From: Raillietiella orientalis
Taxonomy: Eukaryota
Direction: 5' to 3'
Assembly (NCBI GenBank): GCA_036172245.1
Contig: JAYWIR010000017.1
Location: 3,038,001-3,102,000, forward strand
DNA: 64,000 bases
Every line of letters begins with the position of its first letter. The first letter of the stretch is position 1. Under the pieces are notes generated by a model. The model saw only the letters and a program-made list of their open reading frames with translations. It did not search any database and was not told where the DNA came from. Below are positions 24,445 through 38,599 of this stretch, in pieces. The position numbers and the translations under genes are program-made.

Positions 24445-25340
24445 CTTTCCATCCGGGTGCGCCGGGGCGATTATTGCTAACTATCCAGGAACAAAGTTCC
24501 CAGACAAAGGGCACAGAAGCACGGAGGGAGGGATCCCCAACACGCAGGTCTGTATAACCGAAAGTCCGGAACGGAGGGAGGGGACCACAAATGCATATAT
24601 AAAAAAATATAAAAAGAAATATGGGAGGGTTGGGGAAAAGGGTCTTTGGCTTCGGCCGTTTCTTCTTTTCAGAAACGGCGTTGGATGCTGGAGATCTCCT
24701 TCCTGACGACATCTGAAAGATGAGGCCACCTCGCTGCCGACATCATGTTCCCGTCGGCTATCCCGGTGACCTTTCGAAGAATCTCTTGCGACTCCAACTG
24801 GCGGCAGGCCGTGACGATGGCACGGGTGCAACAGACCGTTGCGATGACAGCACCTAACGACAGGCCGCCTGGCGTGAAGAAGCGGCGCATCAATCCCTTG
24901 AGGTGTCCCCCTGGAGCAGGAGAGCTGAGACCAGCCTCCGCCACAGTCCTTGGAGGATACCGCAGTCCAGAAGCAGGTGAGGGAGCGTTTCTGCTTCTCC
25001 GCACCTTTTACAGTTCGGGGAGGCAATTCCCCCGGAAGCAAGGTTCGTGAACTGGTTGCAATGGAAACCCCGATGCACCAGCAAAAGCACGTCTTGTTTC
25101 TAAAGAAGGGGAAACACTGAAGTGTTCACACACGAGGGAGGGACTACAAGTTCTTCGGGGAGAGCACACTGACGAGTTCGTTCCACCGAAGGAGTCCCTT
25201 GGGAATGTTGCGAGGAGTGGCGGCGTTTGCCAGCTAGCTAGTCCTCCAGCCGCCCATGGGTCCAACTGCTTCTGCGATCGTGCAGGCGACCTCCCACCTT
25301 GCCGGTAGGCAACTGTCCTCTCTGAATTCTGCAGTGAATT
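24445..25340 (-). mobile_element. 5'-truncated LINE fragment (L4, subfamily B)
   Basis: LLLVHRGFHCN...PNCKRCGEAETLPHLLLDCGILQGLW (zf-RVT) and RRFFTPGGL...AARWPHLSDVVRKEISSIQRRF*. Terminal AATAATCGCCCCGGCGCACCCGGATG. Confidence 0.87.
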
Positions 25341-25399
25341 CTGCTGTGCCATTTACCATCCGAAATTCATCTCTGGTATTAATAATTCCGTTATGAGAG

Positions 25400-26420
25400 G
25401 CGACTGCCTCATATGAAATCTCTTAGATATTCGCCATTCGCCGTTCTCTTAGATATTTGAAGCACAAACACCAGGGACGGCCAATATTGCCTTCAGATGC
25501 CAAAAAACATTCCTAAGGACGTGCGTCTTGATGCTCTCCACCTTACTTGCGGAAAGAAAAAAAAAAATCTGCTGTTGCTGCTCTCAGGCGTAACGGAACG
25601 GAACCGAATCTTTTGTGGATTTAATACTCCCTGCCACAAGACTTCCGAGCTAAGCTTTCCTGAAGAAAGAATTACAGTGATGCGAATCCGGGAAAATGCT
25701 GATAATCGTAATTACAGGTTTGCATTCTACTTATAGAACACTCCGTGTTTGGATCATTGAGGTATTCCAAATATAACGTAACAGGGTGTATTCAATTAGG
25801 ATGAACTCTCTCGGTGTGTACAGCACCGTCTCTGGCGTATTTGCCTTCTGGATGGAAAATCCTCACGAAAAGCGGACATGGGACTACAGAAGGATGAAGC
25901 CGCTTTCGTGTTGAACCGGTTTATCCCGGCATTTTACTGTAAACAAGGAACACGGACACCATGAACAGGACTGCAGACCCCGCCAAGGGATAGACACTAG
26001 AAGGCAGGTGCCATGCAACCAGCCTGCTGGCTCAAGAGAGGTTCGCTTCGGTAAAGGGGAAAGAAGAAGAAAAAATACATAAACAAATGGGAAAAAAGTT
26101 ATTTATGCTATTTAAGACCATCTTTGGACGACATGTCCTGCGAGGCGCATCTCATGCGCAATTGAAAGCATAGTCCGTCGTCTGCGCTTGCGAAACACCA
26201 GCAAAGTGAAGAGGCAGAAGTGCACACACACCTCTGCCTATTCACTTTGCCGATCAGCATAAGCAATAGCTCTGAACATTCCTAACTGGAATGACAAAAA
26301 TCCTTTTGGTTCTTCTGCTTCGCTGTTCCCCTTTCAGCTTTCCTTTGTTTTGTTTTTTTTTGGTTCGCTGAGTCCTCAGGAATCGCTCGCCTAGGGACTC
26401 GCGAAGCTCTTTAACACTTT
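25400..26420. pseudogene. Two short convergent PPR relics (+ ~25400-25800; - ~25900-26420)
   Basis: Plus: DVRLDALHLTCGK...SGVTERNRIF. Minus: KRIFVIPVRNVQSY and GRGVCALL..FAGV. Confidence 0.35.
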
Positions 26421-26429
26421 AACACTGGC

Positions 26430-27502
26430 TGCAGGAAATCGTTCGCACGTGAGCAAGGATCCAGGAGCCAAGCGCGGAACAGAAGCGACGTTTCCTGTAC
26501 GCGAACAACAGCAACTGAACTCTCTGGGAGATCCTGGAAGATCCCAAGAAAAGTGCGTGGCAAGCAGAACCTCCCTCGCCGGGCCGCCGTGCTGTCCTCC
26601 CTTAAGGAACACATGGGCAGCAGCCTTACGGCTAGGTGGGAATGACTGTGGAAATCTCCGAAAAGAGAAGAGGACTGTGCGAGTGGACGACGGGCCAGCT
26701 CATCGACGCTCAGACCCCGAGTGCTCGACCTCATGGACTTTTGGGCTGTGTCTGCTACTGGGTATTCCGGAAAAAGACCTGCCATGACCTCTGGTGCTCA
26801 TGAACATCCGCACCCTCCCCTTGAAGTGGCAGGAGTCGGCATTGATGCTGCGGCAGCGGGGTCTCCCTTGCAACGCGCGCCGGCATCAGTGAACATGGGT
26901 GTCTGTGGACCCAAACTGTGCATGGTACGGGGAGCGAGAATCCTTCCTGCACTTCTTAGTGGACTGTGTTGCCCTCCGGCTCCTTTGGGAACGCTTTGCC
27001 GCGACCCTTGGAGTCCCCGGAGGCAGCGCTAGAGATGCGACTCTTAGTTAGACACGCCCTACAGCCAGCCGCAACCTTTGCAGAACTTTACTGTTTTCGT
27101 AGGATCTTGGCGGCGTGGAGAGAAGCAAACGGGAGGAGCCAACAACAGGGACGCCAGCCACTTCACTCTCTGCTTTCTATGTATAGTGGTCAGATGTCCC
27201 CACTTGGATAATAATATGAAGCAAGACCTTGCTGGCATCCTCCAAAGGATGCAGAGGACCGCCCCCAGCAGGCTGTGATGCCTTCCCGTGAACCCCCAAA
27301 ATTGTTGTATTTTTGTTTTGTTTATTTTTCTTTTTGTTCGTCTCCTCCTCTCTTCTGCCTTGGTGATCCTCATTGATCTGAGAACCGGTAACACGGCAGG
27401 GTATCTACAGAAAGGATGTGGCTAGACCAATGGTCCAACCACAAAAATTGTAAATGTTTATTTTATTTTAAATAAACGCCCCGGAGAACCCGTGTGAAGA
27501 AC
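26430..27502 (+). mobile_element. 5'-truncated LINE fragment (L5)
   Basis: LPLKWQESAL...DPNCAWYGERESFLHFLVDCVALRLLWERF and RCPHLDNNMKQDLAGILQRMQRT*. Ends AATAAACGCCCCGGAGAACCCGTGTGAAGAAC. Confidence 0.85.
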
Positions 27503-27655
27503 CAGTGCTGCATCTGAAGCCTACAGGTCAACCAGCGTCATCTTGCGGGGGACAAAAGTCCACGACGCACCCTCCATTGCTAGGAGTCGATCCTTCACTT
27601 GAGGATTCGAACCAGCAGCGCTTGGTACAGCGCGCGGAGACCCAAGCCTACCTGG
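27503..27655 (-). mobile_element. tRNA-derived SINE-like element, copy 3 (head only, cut by LINE L5)
   Basis: Minus strand GGTCTCCGCGCGCTGTACCAAGCGCTGCTGGTTCGAATCC...CCCCCGCAAGATGACGCTGG...GCAGCACTGG. Confidence 0.65.
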
Positions 27656-27659
27656 ACGG

Positions 27660-28500
27660 GAAATCTAGCCGGAGAGATCACTGAATTGAAAGACTGAGGA
27701 AAAGAAACTCTGCCAAATGATATGAAACTTGGGTAAGGCTGGAACTCGTGCGATGGCCGCACGTTTGCGCTGGCACACAGCATTAGGAAAATGCGACTGC
27801 CTTTCTGTCCCGGGTAAATGAGTCGAAAGTCCAGGACGATTCTAAGGAAGTCCTCCGTTTCATTCCTGGAAACTGTACGAGTTTTCATCAACTCAGTAAG
27901 CAAATGCGTGAGTCTTTCACCTCGTGCGGGCCCATCTTGCCTTTGCCCACATTTATGTGCATTTTTTGAAGATGTTCCTCAGAAGCTTACGTCTTGGATA
28001 AACACCTCCCGGAGGCCGAAAGGCGTTGGTCTTGCTTCCTGACTTGTGGACTCTGCTTTAAGTGGCCGAATCATTTATTCAATGTGTTTCAAGAATAACT
28101 GATCTTCGAACCAGAGCTGGCTCGGTAGAAGCACTTCCTTCATTCTATCCTCGTGGACCAACTAGTGCTTCGTAAAGAAAGCTACGTTTTGACCTAGGAC
28201 GGAGAAGGAGGTCATATCAAAGTCACATTCCTTAGGTCAGATCCTTCCCTGGGTCGAAACGTAGGGCTGGGTTCTAGAAGTCTTCTGCACCTTTCTCCTA
28301 ATGATCTCCTACAGTGGGCGTGTGAAATGGAGCTGAGATCGAATCTCTGCTTCTTCTGCCACAAACGGAAGCACCAGCGCTCGCCCCTGCTCATACTGAG
28401 AACTCCTGCCTGATGCGAACTAAAATAAGAGCGCAAAGCGAAATTCTTTCGCATCGTTTCCAGAAGGGCAAGGACAGCTAGCGGGATGGCGAGCACCAAA
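27660..28500 (-). pseudogene. Decayed PPR relic (C-terminal P2-L2-S2-like region); may extend to ~30200
   Basis: HKCGQRQDG and LMKTRTVSRNETEDFLRIVL...QKGSRIFLMLCASANVRPSHEF...SFGR match M...G+.PNE+TF+.+L...G.R.F..M....+.P+.EH...GR. Confidence 0.55.
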
Positions 28501-31199
28501 AGGTACTTTCGTTCACGTGAGAGAGTCGTAACCTTGGAGTCACATGATAAACAGATCCAGTATTTTGTATTAGGAATATGGAAACCAAAGAGGTATCTTT
28601 GTATTCATATCCTCCGAGCAGTCTGTAATGAGTTGAGTTTCCAGCAGCTGCAAGAAGCTGTTTCGTGGAAACCTCTTAGGAACAGTAATGCTTTTCCTTT
28701 TTTGTAATTGTATCATGTTGTTAATGATCACAACACCAAATCAGAAATCAAGTGCCTTGGGCAATGATTTTTGAGCCATCTCAGTGTCATTTTATTGAGG
28801 TACCAAAACACACACGGGATCACAAGCATCCACACAGTGTGCTAAGATGGGATAATATCATCCTTAGTACACTCATTGCATCCTTGATGAAAGTTTTGAA
28901 ATTATGTCATCAAAGATGAAAAAGCAGTCAGGAATAGTACGTTAGCAGCTTCGAGGACCAAATTGGTAACAGCCACAGAACTCTTCTGTGGTGGATTGGT
29001 AACAGCAAAAGTGCCTAGGAGATTACAGCAACCAAGCCGGTACGGCTCCTTGCACTAAGGCTTATATGCAGAGTGGTTGGTACTCATCACTGATTCCAGG
29101 AATAGCTGGAAACAGCGTCGGATCCAGTCCTGGTGGAGCCATATCTTCTCCCGGCTGTCTTTTGAGACAAGCATTCAAAGAACGAAACTTGGAGCTTCCG
29201 TCAAGAGAAAGGACTGGCAGCTTCCAACGACTCGAACGGACACGCATACAAAAGTCGCATAGTGTGAATCGGGAGGCACAAAAACCGGGAAATCGCGTCT
29301 CAGGTAGGGCCATGAAACTCGTCCGTGGCTTGGGATTTAATTACACGGGTTCTGGTGGACAAAAAAAATAGTGCTTTTTCTTCGTGGGAGACGAGTTGCA
29401 GGCGTGATACTGCGCAGATGAAAATGAATCTAATTAAAGTCACGAACAGAGTAGCTGATTCTCTTCTCAATTAGATGGAAGCACGTATGCAGCGGTTTTC
29501 TCAGCGGCTTGCTGATGCACAGTCAAAGTAGGAATGGCGGTAAAAGAGAAGGCAGGATTACCAAACAGCTGGTGGGATTTTTCAAGAACGAAATGAACTC
29601 GCATTGATTGATTCCAGCCTGATACAAAAGATGAATGGTGTTTCCGTTTCCAGATGAAGTGTTTCGACGGCAATTTCATTGAGAACGAGGTGGAACCTAG
29701 CACGACGGGTAGACATTTCGCAGCTTGCATCGTAAAAGCACCCACGCAGTCTCAAACGATCTTACGGAGCTGGAGAACGAACAAAGAGCTCCCTCTTTGT
29801 TTGTCGTGGTCAGACTTGGTCGTGGTTTTGGTCCTGTGAGATGAAGTGAAGACTTCACTCTTCGAACTGCTTCTCCCCACATGTGGAATGATCGTCCCTG
29901 GTTGCAAGTTGCCTGGTAAATGCATGGATGGTCAGCTGTGATGGCTCAAATCACGAGATCACCCTGTTTGTCTCCCATTAGTGAATTTAGACCGAGAAGA
30001 TGAGTTCGCTTCTCAGGTAGCAAATAATCCACAGAGTCTGATAGAGGGTCCGCAGCGTCTTCGTGTAATGTTCGTTTTCAGTGCTCCCAGAAAATAGGAG
30101 CACCTGTAAACGAGAGTCCCATAGCCTTTCTGCTAACTTGAGGGAAAAATTCTCTGTTGACCAATCCTAGGATTTCCTCCTGACATGTAAGCATCGAACT
30201 CGATTTGCACGGAAACATGCTGAAACCTCGTGCATTGTCTTTCTGAACAGATGGGTGAAATTCCTCAGGTATTGAAAATCATCATATGGCTCAGACCGGA
30301 GTGAAGGTCCAATTTCAATGTGTGATGAGTGAAGAAGGAAAAAAAAAAAAACTATTGGTCTGCCATCCGATTGCCGACTACAAGCTTGTAGCAGAAAACA
30401 GTCAAGTGACTCGGTCTAGGGCAGAGTTCTGTGATTTTTCGGGAGTTATCTGTGGAGTGGAGACGTTGGTTTTGGGTACTGAAGAGCATCTATACATCGT
30501 ATACGTAACAGACGCATGTGATGCAGCGTATGGCAGGTAAAATATGTAGGTGCCATATGTTGATGATGATATGTATTTTAAGCATTTTAACGAGTAATCA
30601 TCCATGAACAAGAATGAGTGATTTTTCTAACATGTTGCCACCACTTATAAATTTCCCTGCTATCAAACGAGTGAGCTCGCTGGGGCACATATCTCTGCAG
30701 TCAATCGTGTTACGGAAGTATGCAACATTACACATACATAACGGTGTATATTTGTATAAGAACTAAGACGACTTCGGTTTTGTGTATGTGTGCTTTTAAT
30801 AACTGCACTTAAAACATTGATTTTCATGGATTGAATCCGGCATGGATCCTTGAAGATAATTCTGATGCTGATGCTGGAGTAACCTGTCCAAAGTCACAAA
30901 ATTCTCAAATGCCATATCATCCAGATTATTTCTTCTACTGACTGAAGGAGTATCTCCATCCAGGCATGCTTCATTCTGCATCATCAGTTTCCTCTTCCTC
31001 TTCTGACTCTAAACTGTATCCTTCCATAGTTGATAGAGTATTGCCAGCTATATGAGGTGAGCTTCGAGACCGAAGCAATGACTCCAGATCAGGAGGCTCA
31101 TTAACACTGTGCACCGTGAGTTCTCGTACTAAAACCTTATGGGCCACATGAGGTCTCGTACTCCGCAGGCAGTGCACGAGTGTCTAGTGCGGATGAGTT

Positions 31200-32440
31200 C
31201 TTCAGTCATGAGTCCTCCATGATCTTCAGGTGGCATTACCAAGGTGCGTTTATTGCTATCCAGAATACAAAAACACGTGGGGGGTCCATCAATTCCCAAA
31301 TATTCATTCTGGGAGATGTCTTCGAAAGGGATTCTTGGGAAGAGAGAAAGCAGTAAGCATCTCCTGTGGGGAAAAAAAGAAATTCAGAAAGCTGCATATT
31401 CATTGCACGAACAACCTTATCCACCTGGTGATGATTTGTAACCGTCAGATCTCTCTCAGTACCTGGGAGACTAGAGAGCAAAACTTCCTCACGTCAGCTT
31501 TGCAGGGCGTCAGCCATCTGCCTCCTATCTATTGCTCAAAGACAACACGAAAAACCTCGAAAGAAACAATTTTGCAAAGCCGACTGAGTGGCGTGAAGCA
31601 TTGCAAAAGCCACTGCGGAGTGATGAAGCGAAATCGATCACATCTTGCTCAAAATCCGTTACGGAAAATTTCCTGGGGGGAAATCTTGGGGGTACCATCA
31701 GATGTCTGCAAAGTCCGATGGATATTGCAGCGAGCGATGATGCACTGCAACCAAACCCGTACGTTTTGCAAACCTCACCTCTAAAAATAACTCTCTCGAC
31801 CCACCCATGGAGAACACATATGTCCAGAATAGGAAGAGTTAACGGAGAAAATTCAGCATCCTAGATTTTCTTCAAGACAAATCATCTTGGGAAAGTTACA
31901 AATCCTACAGCTGCGAGGGAATGATTCTCTCAGTGGAACGATCCAAAGGCTGATGCGACAGCAGGCAAGGACTCGGAAGTTCAGAGAAACTTCCCAGGAT
32001 CAAATTTTGAGGGGACACGCAGCCGCGGAACAGCATCGGAGGATTCGAAAGGGACGCGTTCGAGTCGAGGGAATGAGTCTAAGACATTTCGCATCAGAGT
32101 TTCCGCACCTGAGAACCGGAAAGAAGGGGTTTCCCTATCGTAAGGACGAAGAAAGGGAAAGGAGGAACAGGAATAGCGTTTACGGGAAGTCGACAGCTAC
32201 GACCAAGAGCTTCTCGGAGATTTTCCATCAGCTCTCATCTGGATGTCTTCTGTGTTTCCAGCTTTCCGGAATGCAGGCCATGGCACTTCATTTTCAGCAG
32301 TTCCCATTTAATTTCATGGGGATGAGTGAATGCTTCCGAATTAGCACGGAAGAGAGGGACAGAAGTCACTTTCTAATGCATTTTCCGGTATTTTCTTCCT
32401 TTTCGGTCCGAGGCAAAACAAAACAAAAAACAAAAATGGC
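31200..32440 (+). pseudogene. Decayed PPR relic
   Basis: NNLIHLVMICNR, FLTSALQGVSHL, FAKPTEWREALQ, ISWGEILG and SVYGKST...SEIFHQL. Confidence 0.55.
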
Positions 32441-32449
32441 GCGTTGGAA

Positions 32450-33350
32450 CGCTCCAGATTGAGTCGAGAATAAAACCGTGAAGTGGATTCCAGTCCACAG
32501 CATCCGCAACCCAACTTTAGCCTGGGATGGAGCGTGAGGCTTGTCGAATAATATCTTAAAAAACGGATCGTGGCTACCCACACAGCTGCAGACTCACTGT
32601 CTACGTCACTTGACCATATGTTCGACCCTGACGTGCAGAACTCAACGAAGAAATGCCCTCGGCGTCCTACTACTGCCAACAACATCAGGGCATCTCTTTT
32701 ATTTTATTTTATTTTTATTTTTTATTTTTTTTTTGGGGGGGTGGAGGACCAGGGTGGCGAGACCTGCGACTTCCCTTGGGAGACCGCCTGGATCTCGAAG
32801 GATTTCTCAGGCATATGAATACTGAGGAATCGCTTGCGACGGCATTTCGTTTCGCTGAACACTTCTGTGCACCAAAGGAATGCAGTGAACATTTCGAACC
32901 TTGGACAGGGCGACTTCCAAACCATCACCCGCTGACCACAGCCTACGTGACTGTCTCTGTCCCCCTCGCAGGGTACCCACACCTTCAGGGGTGACCACCT
33001 GGGCCTCGAATTTGAACTCGCAGATCCCTGTCCCTAGTTTGCCAAGCCCTCTTCTCGGATAATCTGTAGGCGAGATGGTGTGATAGATCACTGAACCACT
33101 CCTAGAGATGATCAGGAACCGCATATTTTTCAACTGGTGAGTGGAAGGTCTATCGTTTTCAAAATCTTTCTAGATTTTCTAGCAAAGGAGATCAAACGCT
33201 CATTCCCTGTTCAAAGGTTCATTTCACTCTTCCTAGACGTGCTGCTCAGTATTTCTTCTGTCCCAGAGAAAAGCAACGCTGCAGCCCGCATTCTACGTCT
33301 CATGCTTTTGGCTGCTGCGGCAGGTTCCACAGTCCCCTGTTTCCCTTTTG
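32450..33350 (-). pseudogene. Decayed PPR relic with E-like domain
   Basis: SRSGSV, YPRRGLGKL, FTAFLWCT and LLAVVGRRGH...SAAVWVATIRFLRYY. Confidence 0.5.
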
Positions 33351-35699
33351 AATGAAATTCGAATTGATGATTGGAGTCCAAACCTAGGGTTGCTTCTGGT
33401 TCCAGAGCGGAAGGTACTTAGATCAAGAATGGAGATGATCGAGGATGCAACAAAAAAAAAAAAGCAGACAACCTCAGCCGCGTTCGGCGGGACTAGCTGC
33501 GATAGCGGTGGGACTGGCAGCAGCTCGAAACAGGGGGGCAAATCGTTGGCACGGCTTGGAAATCCGTGGTTCAACGGCCACTAAGTCGTGCTGTTTCTAA
33601 GAGATCGAAAAAGTGGCCTGACAGTGAGTAGTGATTAGAGAACCAAGTGAAGGTAGGGAAACTGTCTAAAAATGCATGGACCAGGAGAAATTCACTCGAA
33701 ACCATCTATAGAATTCGTAAATGCATCTTATCAACTTTTCCATTAAAAGATGAGCACGAGCATCTGTCAACACCATCGAAAAAATCTTTTTTTTTTGTTT
33801 TTCACTTATATACGTTTCGGGATTGGGCTAAAATTTAAAAATCTTCCGCATCCCAATGCACAAAATAAAATGAAACCTGAATGATCTGACAGGGAAGGCA
33901 TCACGGATGCCGCTGTTTTTTCAGGAGTCAGGAAGCTTCTCGTATACCTGCCAAACATGTGACTCTTTCCGTGCCGTAACCCACGCAGGTCATTGGAGGC
34001 CACAAACCGATTGCTCTTTGACGGAAATCGGGAACTTCAAAGAGTAACACGCCACTGAATCTGACGGCTCACCATTCCTCGAGCTGCAGAATGCAAAGAG
34101 TGTGAAACAGTGTATCCAAGTGTATGGCAGAAGAGTGAGTTACCGGATGCAGGTCTCTCAAATTCTCCCCAACGCAGAATCCCATTCGAGCGGTGAGATT
34201 TCTTTCCTCCTCCTCCCTGGTTCTCGACTCAGGAATGACCCTTCGCTCCCCGCGTCGACCGAAGCAACGGGCCTTGCAGATCAACATTCCTAGCCGTGTG
34301 CGAACGCAGGCTCGATGGGATCTCATCGGAGGACCTGAGGAAGTCAGGGATGGCTGTGTATCATCACTGCTATCAGCCACGCCAGCTCACGCCAACTGCG
34401 ATCCTGCTATGCGTGTGTATCCTTCCCGCAGCAAGTGGACAACTCGTGTTGATAATGATGATAATCTGGGTCCAGGGAGACTCCCAGATTCCGGTAATAA
34501 TCACGGAGATTAAAACCCCGTTATTCAAGAGGAACGATGACCTGATGAGAACGCTCTGTGGATGCCCATTCCCTGGATTGTTATGGTCATACGGATCGAT
34601 GCCAAGTCTTTCAACGGGTAAGTTGACGATGACGAATGCATCCTTACCGATGAAGACACTTCCGTGTTGAATATCAATTATAACTCTGTCGTTTCGTGTC
34701 CCATCAATCCATACATATGAAGATTGATTGCATTCGTTTTCAATGGGAACAAAGAATTAATCGGCGCGTCCCGAAGCAGAGCCTGCTAGTGGTACAAAGG
34801 CTCTTCGTACACCGAGTCTTTCTGGGAGAGGAGAAAAAAAAAAAACGCGAAGATGCTGTCCGACAACTGAATTAAGTGTTTGAGATTAAAACCTCTCAAA
34901 TCATTAAGATGGTGTGTGTCGGTCCTTTAAGTTTTAAGCTTCATGGGAGAAGAAAAAAAAAAAAAGATTTCCCTTTTCCTTTTGTTTCCGGGATGGAATC
35001 TGATTGCGCGTGGTTTAAAATTCTTCCTAGAGAAAATGAAATTCCCTTAAGTAAGCCGACCGAGGCTAATTGACAGAACGCGTGAGGGGAATGCGGAGAG
35101 GATCGCTCCTGCTTCAGATATTGAGATTCGAAATCAAACCGAAGATGCTGCGAGTCAACAAGAGGGAATACGCTAAAAGAGCGGAAAGCGTGTTTTGCTA
35201 TCGGTCGCGTCAACGGCACACCAACCAAAAAAAAAAAAAAAACGGACAGAGTCCCCCCCCCCCCGGTGTGTGATGCGAACGCTGTGTACGATTGCCGTCT
35301 TGACCCAAATAATCCAATAACAGCTCGGCAAACACTGAGAGAGTTTTAGTTACCCTAAGCTAACAAATGGAGACATCCATCCATCTATTGTATTCTATAT
35401 CCTCTTCGCTCCGAGCCCAGGCTGCATGCAGTCCCCAACCGGCGTTCCCGTTTCTCCACCTTTCCAGATTTCACTCTCGTTTTAAATGCCATGCGATTCC
35501 TCTGCAGCTGCGCATAAATCCATTCTTCATCCTTTCCTTTGCAGCCACATACACTGCGTTAATTTGGATAAGCGAATTCCTGTGTAAAATATACAGTACG
35601 CATGAAACCAAACGTAGCATACGGATATACAATGATGAATGATGATGCGATTATGCACAGCAATAACGCAATGCAAGACATGCATGTAAAACTTGCATG

Positions 35700-37600
35700 C
35701 ATATATCATGTGAATGTACTTTGATTATAGTACTCTCTGCTAGTACACTCTTGCAGATTTCCGAGAGACCAAACGATGGCCTGACACTAACAGCTTCAAA
35801 TGTGGTCCAGCATGAAGAAGCAGCATAGAATTGCTGAAAACATTGGTGCTTCTCGTCATCATGTTTCTTAATGCCGGATGTTAAGGTGTTTCCTTGGTCC
35901 ACGAGATCCACTGCAGCGCCTTCCCTCAGAAAAACGTCTCGTCTCGACGAGTTCCTCTCTGCCAGCCGAAATGCCCCTTGGCTCATTATTGGCGTTTCTT
36001 GTATCTCACAGAAGACAGGGCCAAAAAAAAAAGAAAGAAAGAAAGCAGCTGTTGTTCCCCCAAAATGGAAAGGGAACCTGGAAAATCGATCGAAATTCGA
36101 AAACCATAAGCGAAAACAACTACAAGTTATTAGAGCAGCAACTTGTCAGCTTGGAGAAGATGGATGGTTCCATCCTCATTGTCAAACAGTAAGAACTTCC
36201 CTGGAACCCATAAGACAGAGTGTTCCGAAGATCTACCTAATATTAGAAGCACTAGACATAATGAATGAAGGAGCTGAGACCAGCATACTAGTTCAGAGCG
36301 TTTCTTGAGGCATTCCCTGAAATTCTGTTATCATCAAGAGATGAAGATGACAAAAAATGGCGTGATGGAAACGCACACGACGTTCCAGCACAGCGTGGAG
36401 CCAGGAAGAATTTTTTTTTTTCCGGAGATATCCTGATGGTGATTTTTCCGATCGAAGTCAGGAAGTCCATTTGACCGGTTCGTGAGAATGACAAAGGAAA
36501 AAAGATCGTCGGGATGTAGGGCCCGTGAACCAGATGGTTCCTGTTGGCATGCAAATCTGATTAAAAGCTCCAAATCAGGACATCTGATGTGCAAATTTTT
36601 TTCTGCAATCCTCGGTGACACCGGGAGGTTTATTGCAGCTTGTGGCAATAGGCATACAAAGAAAGGAAAGGAAAGGAAAGCAGGTAAGGTAGAATGCTAC
36701 TACGACCCTTCCCTGGATGCTCTGGATGATCTGGAGAGATTTGATTTGTTAGTGGGACCACATCGGGGGAGGAAAGGACGGGGCATCAGATGAAGAAATG
36801 AAAAAATATACACGACTTCTCGTGTGGGGGTTTGGCAATGGAGGTAACTGGTATTCCTCTGAGCTCCTCTGCATCCTGTGCAGGATGCTGGGCAAGTTCC
36901 ATTCTGAAATCCACCAGGTAGGGCTGTCCCGTTGTCACCCTCAAGAAGGAGGTCGGCATAGGATGAAGGCGTCTCTGTGGCGTTGCGCTCTTTGGGCTCC
37001 GCGACCACGCCGCAGAAGCAGCGGTGGCCTGCGACCGCCGCAACCGTCAGGCGGCATCGCTCTGAGCACGAAGAGACCCCCCCCCCCCCTCTCTCTCTCT
37101 TTCTCTCGAGCTAGTTTGGAGGCGGCGCTCACGTTCACTCAGGAAATGCAGCTCTCTCTGAAAATAGCAGCATCTACGAAAGGCTGGGCCCCCAACTTGA
37201 ACTGAGCCGTTGGGGGACGATTTCCAGTGATTCCAGGGACAGCTTGAAGCGACTTCCAAGGGAAGAGCGGGGAGACCATGCGAAAACGGCGGAGCAGCTT
37301 CCGAATGAATGTCGTGAACAAGCAGGCCCGTTTCCGATTGGAAGATAAACTCGTACGCAAAGGCAGATACAAATTCGCGAAGACAAACGAAACATGACGA
37401 ATCGTCTCCGTAACTGCGGAGGAAGAAATCCTCTTCGAAAAAGGTTACTCGAGATACGCCGCAAGGGCTTCATAAGGGGCTTTCCAGCATTCCAAGATGG
37501 ATGCCGGCGGACAAACAAACGAATGTTCTCATTCAGAGAGATTTGCTGAGACATGGGAGTACGCAAGAGGAATGGGTCTCCCAAGTGGGTCTCTCTTTTC
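35700..37600 (-). pseudogene. Decayed PPR relic
   Basis: LFVRRHPSWNA, RRGFLPPQL, LFPWKSLQAVPGITGN, LGAQP...ESC, FSRTGQMD, TLCWNVV and GNTLTS. Confidence 0.45.
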
Positions 37601-38599
37601 CAAAAAGAAAAAAAGAAAAAAAGCAAGAGTCGAAACAGGTGGAAATTAATAAATAGTGGAAACCACGTATGCACTTCAGCATGAGACTCCAGACCACGAA
37701 ACTGGGATCGCCGGTTTGTGATTTATGTATACACGGAGGCAGCCTGAAATTTGAAATCAGGTGGTCAAAGGAATTTCAATTTAACCAATCGAACCGAGAA
37801 CTTGGAGCCCCCCTTTCCACACTTCTGCCGCTACGGAGCTTGAAAATTTTGGTCCCAGCAGCAGGAATGCACAAGTTTTCCGCTCACCCTTGAACCCAAT
37901 GCTAACTGATCTTCGCTCTTTAGCAAATCGGGAAGCTCCAGGTGAGAGGTCGTCTACTGAGAAGGCCTCAGAGTGCCTCGCCTTGGTTCGCAAGGGGGTG
38001 TCGGATCAGAGAAAACCGCACTGCTGCGCGCAGAGGGCGAGGCCAGGCATGAGGTTGTTGAAGTTCCAGGAACCTTGCAGCTGACAGGTCACTTCCATCG
38101 GATCCCATTCCAGGAAAACCGAAGTTGGACTTGCCGTTGTCGAAGGCGCGATTGCAGGCACCAAATCCATTTGCCAGGAAGATGGGACAGATAAAAAATC
38201 TCTATGGAAATCGGAAAGCGAAAAGGAGAGTGGTCTTAGATACGATTCAGGACTTGCGACCTTATCTCTGCTGCTGAAATGTTCCTCTATTCGGTAACTG
38301 TAAATAAGGCAGCAATCACGAAGCGATTAGGAAGGGGCGATTCTTCATCCGGAAATGATTCCACGTGTGACTTCCTGATTCCCACTTCTTGTATTCTACA
38401 GAGAGATAGAAGGCAGAAGTATCTATCAGGGGATTCTTTCGAGATGGAATCGGTGTACATAGGGATCCCATTTTTTTTCAAAAGGAAGGAATCAAGAGAA
38501 GGTGATTTTTATTTTTGTAAACTGAAGACAGAGATTTAGGATTTCCTAGACGATAAATTAAATCAAGAGGCAGCCTAAAGATTACTCATAAACCCTGCA

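Noticed and set aside
27600..30200. LRR-Roc-COR (ROCO/TORNADO1-like) pseudogene, also considered for 38900-39750
   Set aside because: No credible P-loop or WDxAGQ motif; the same stretches match PPR consensus better.
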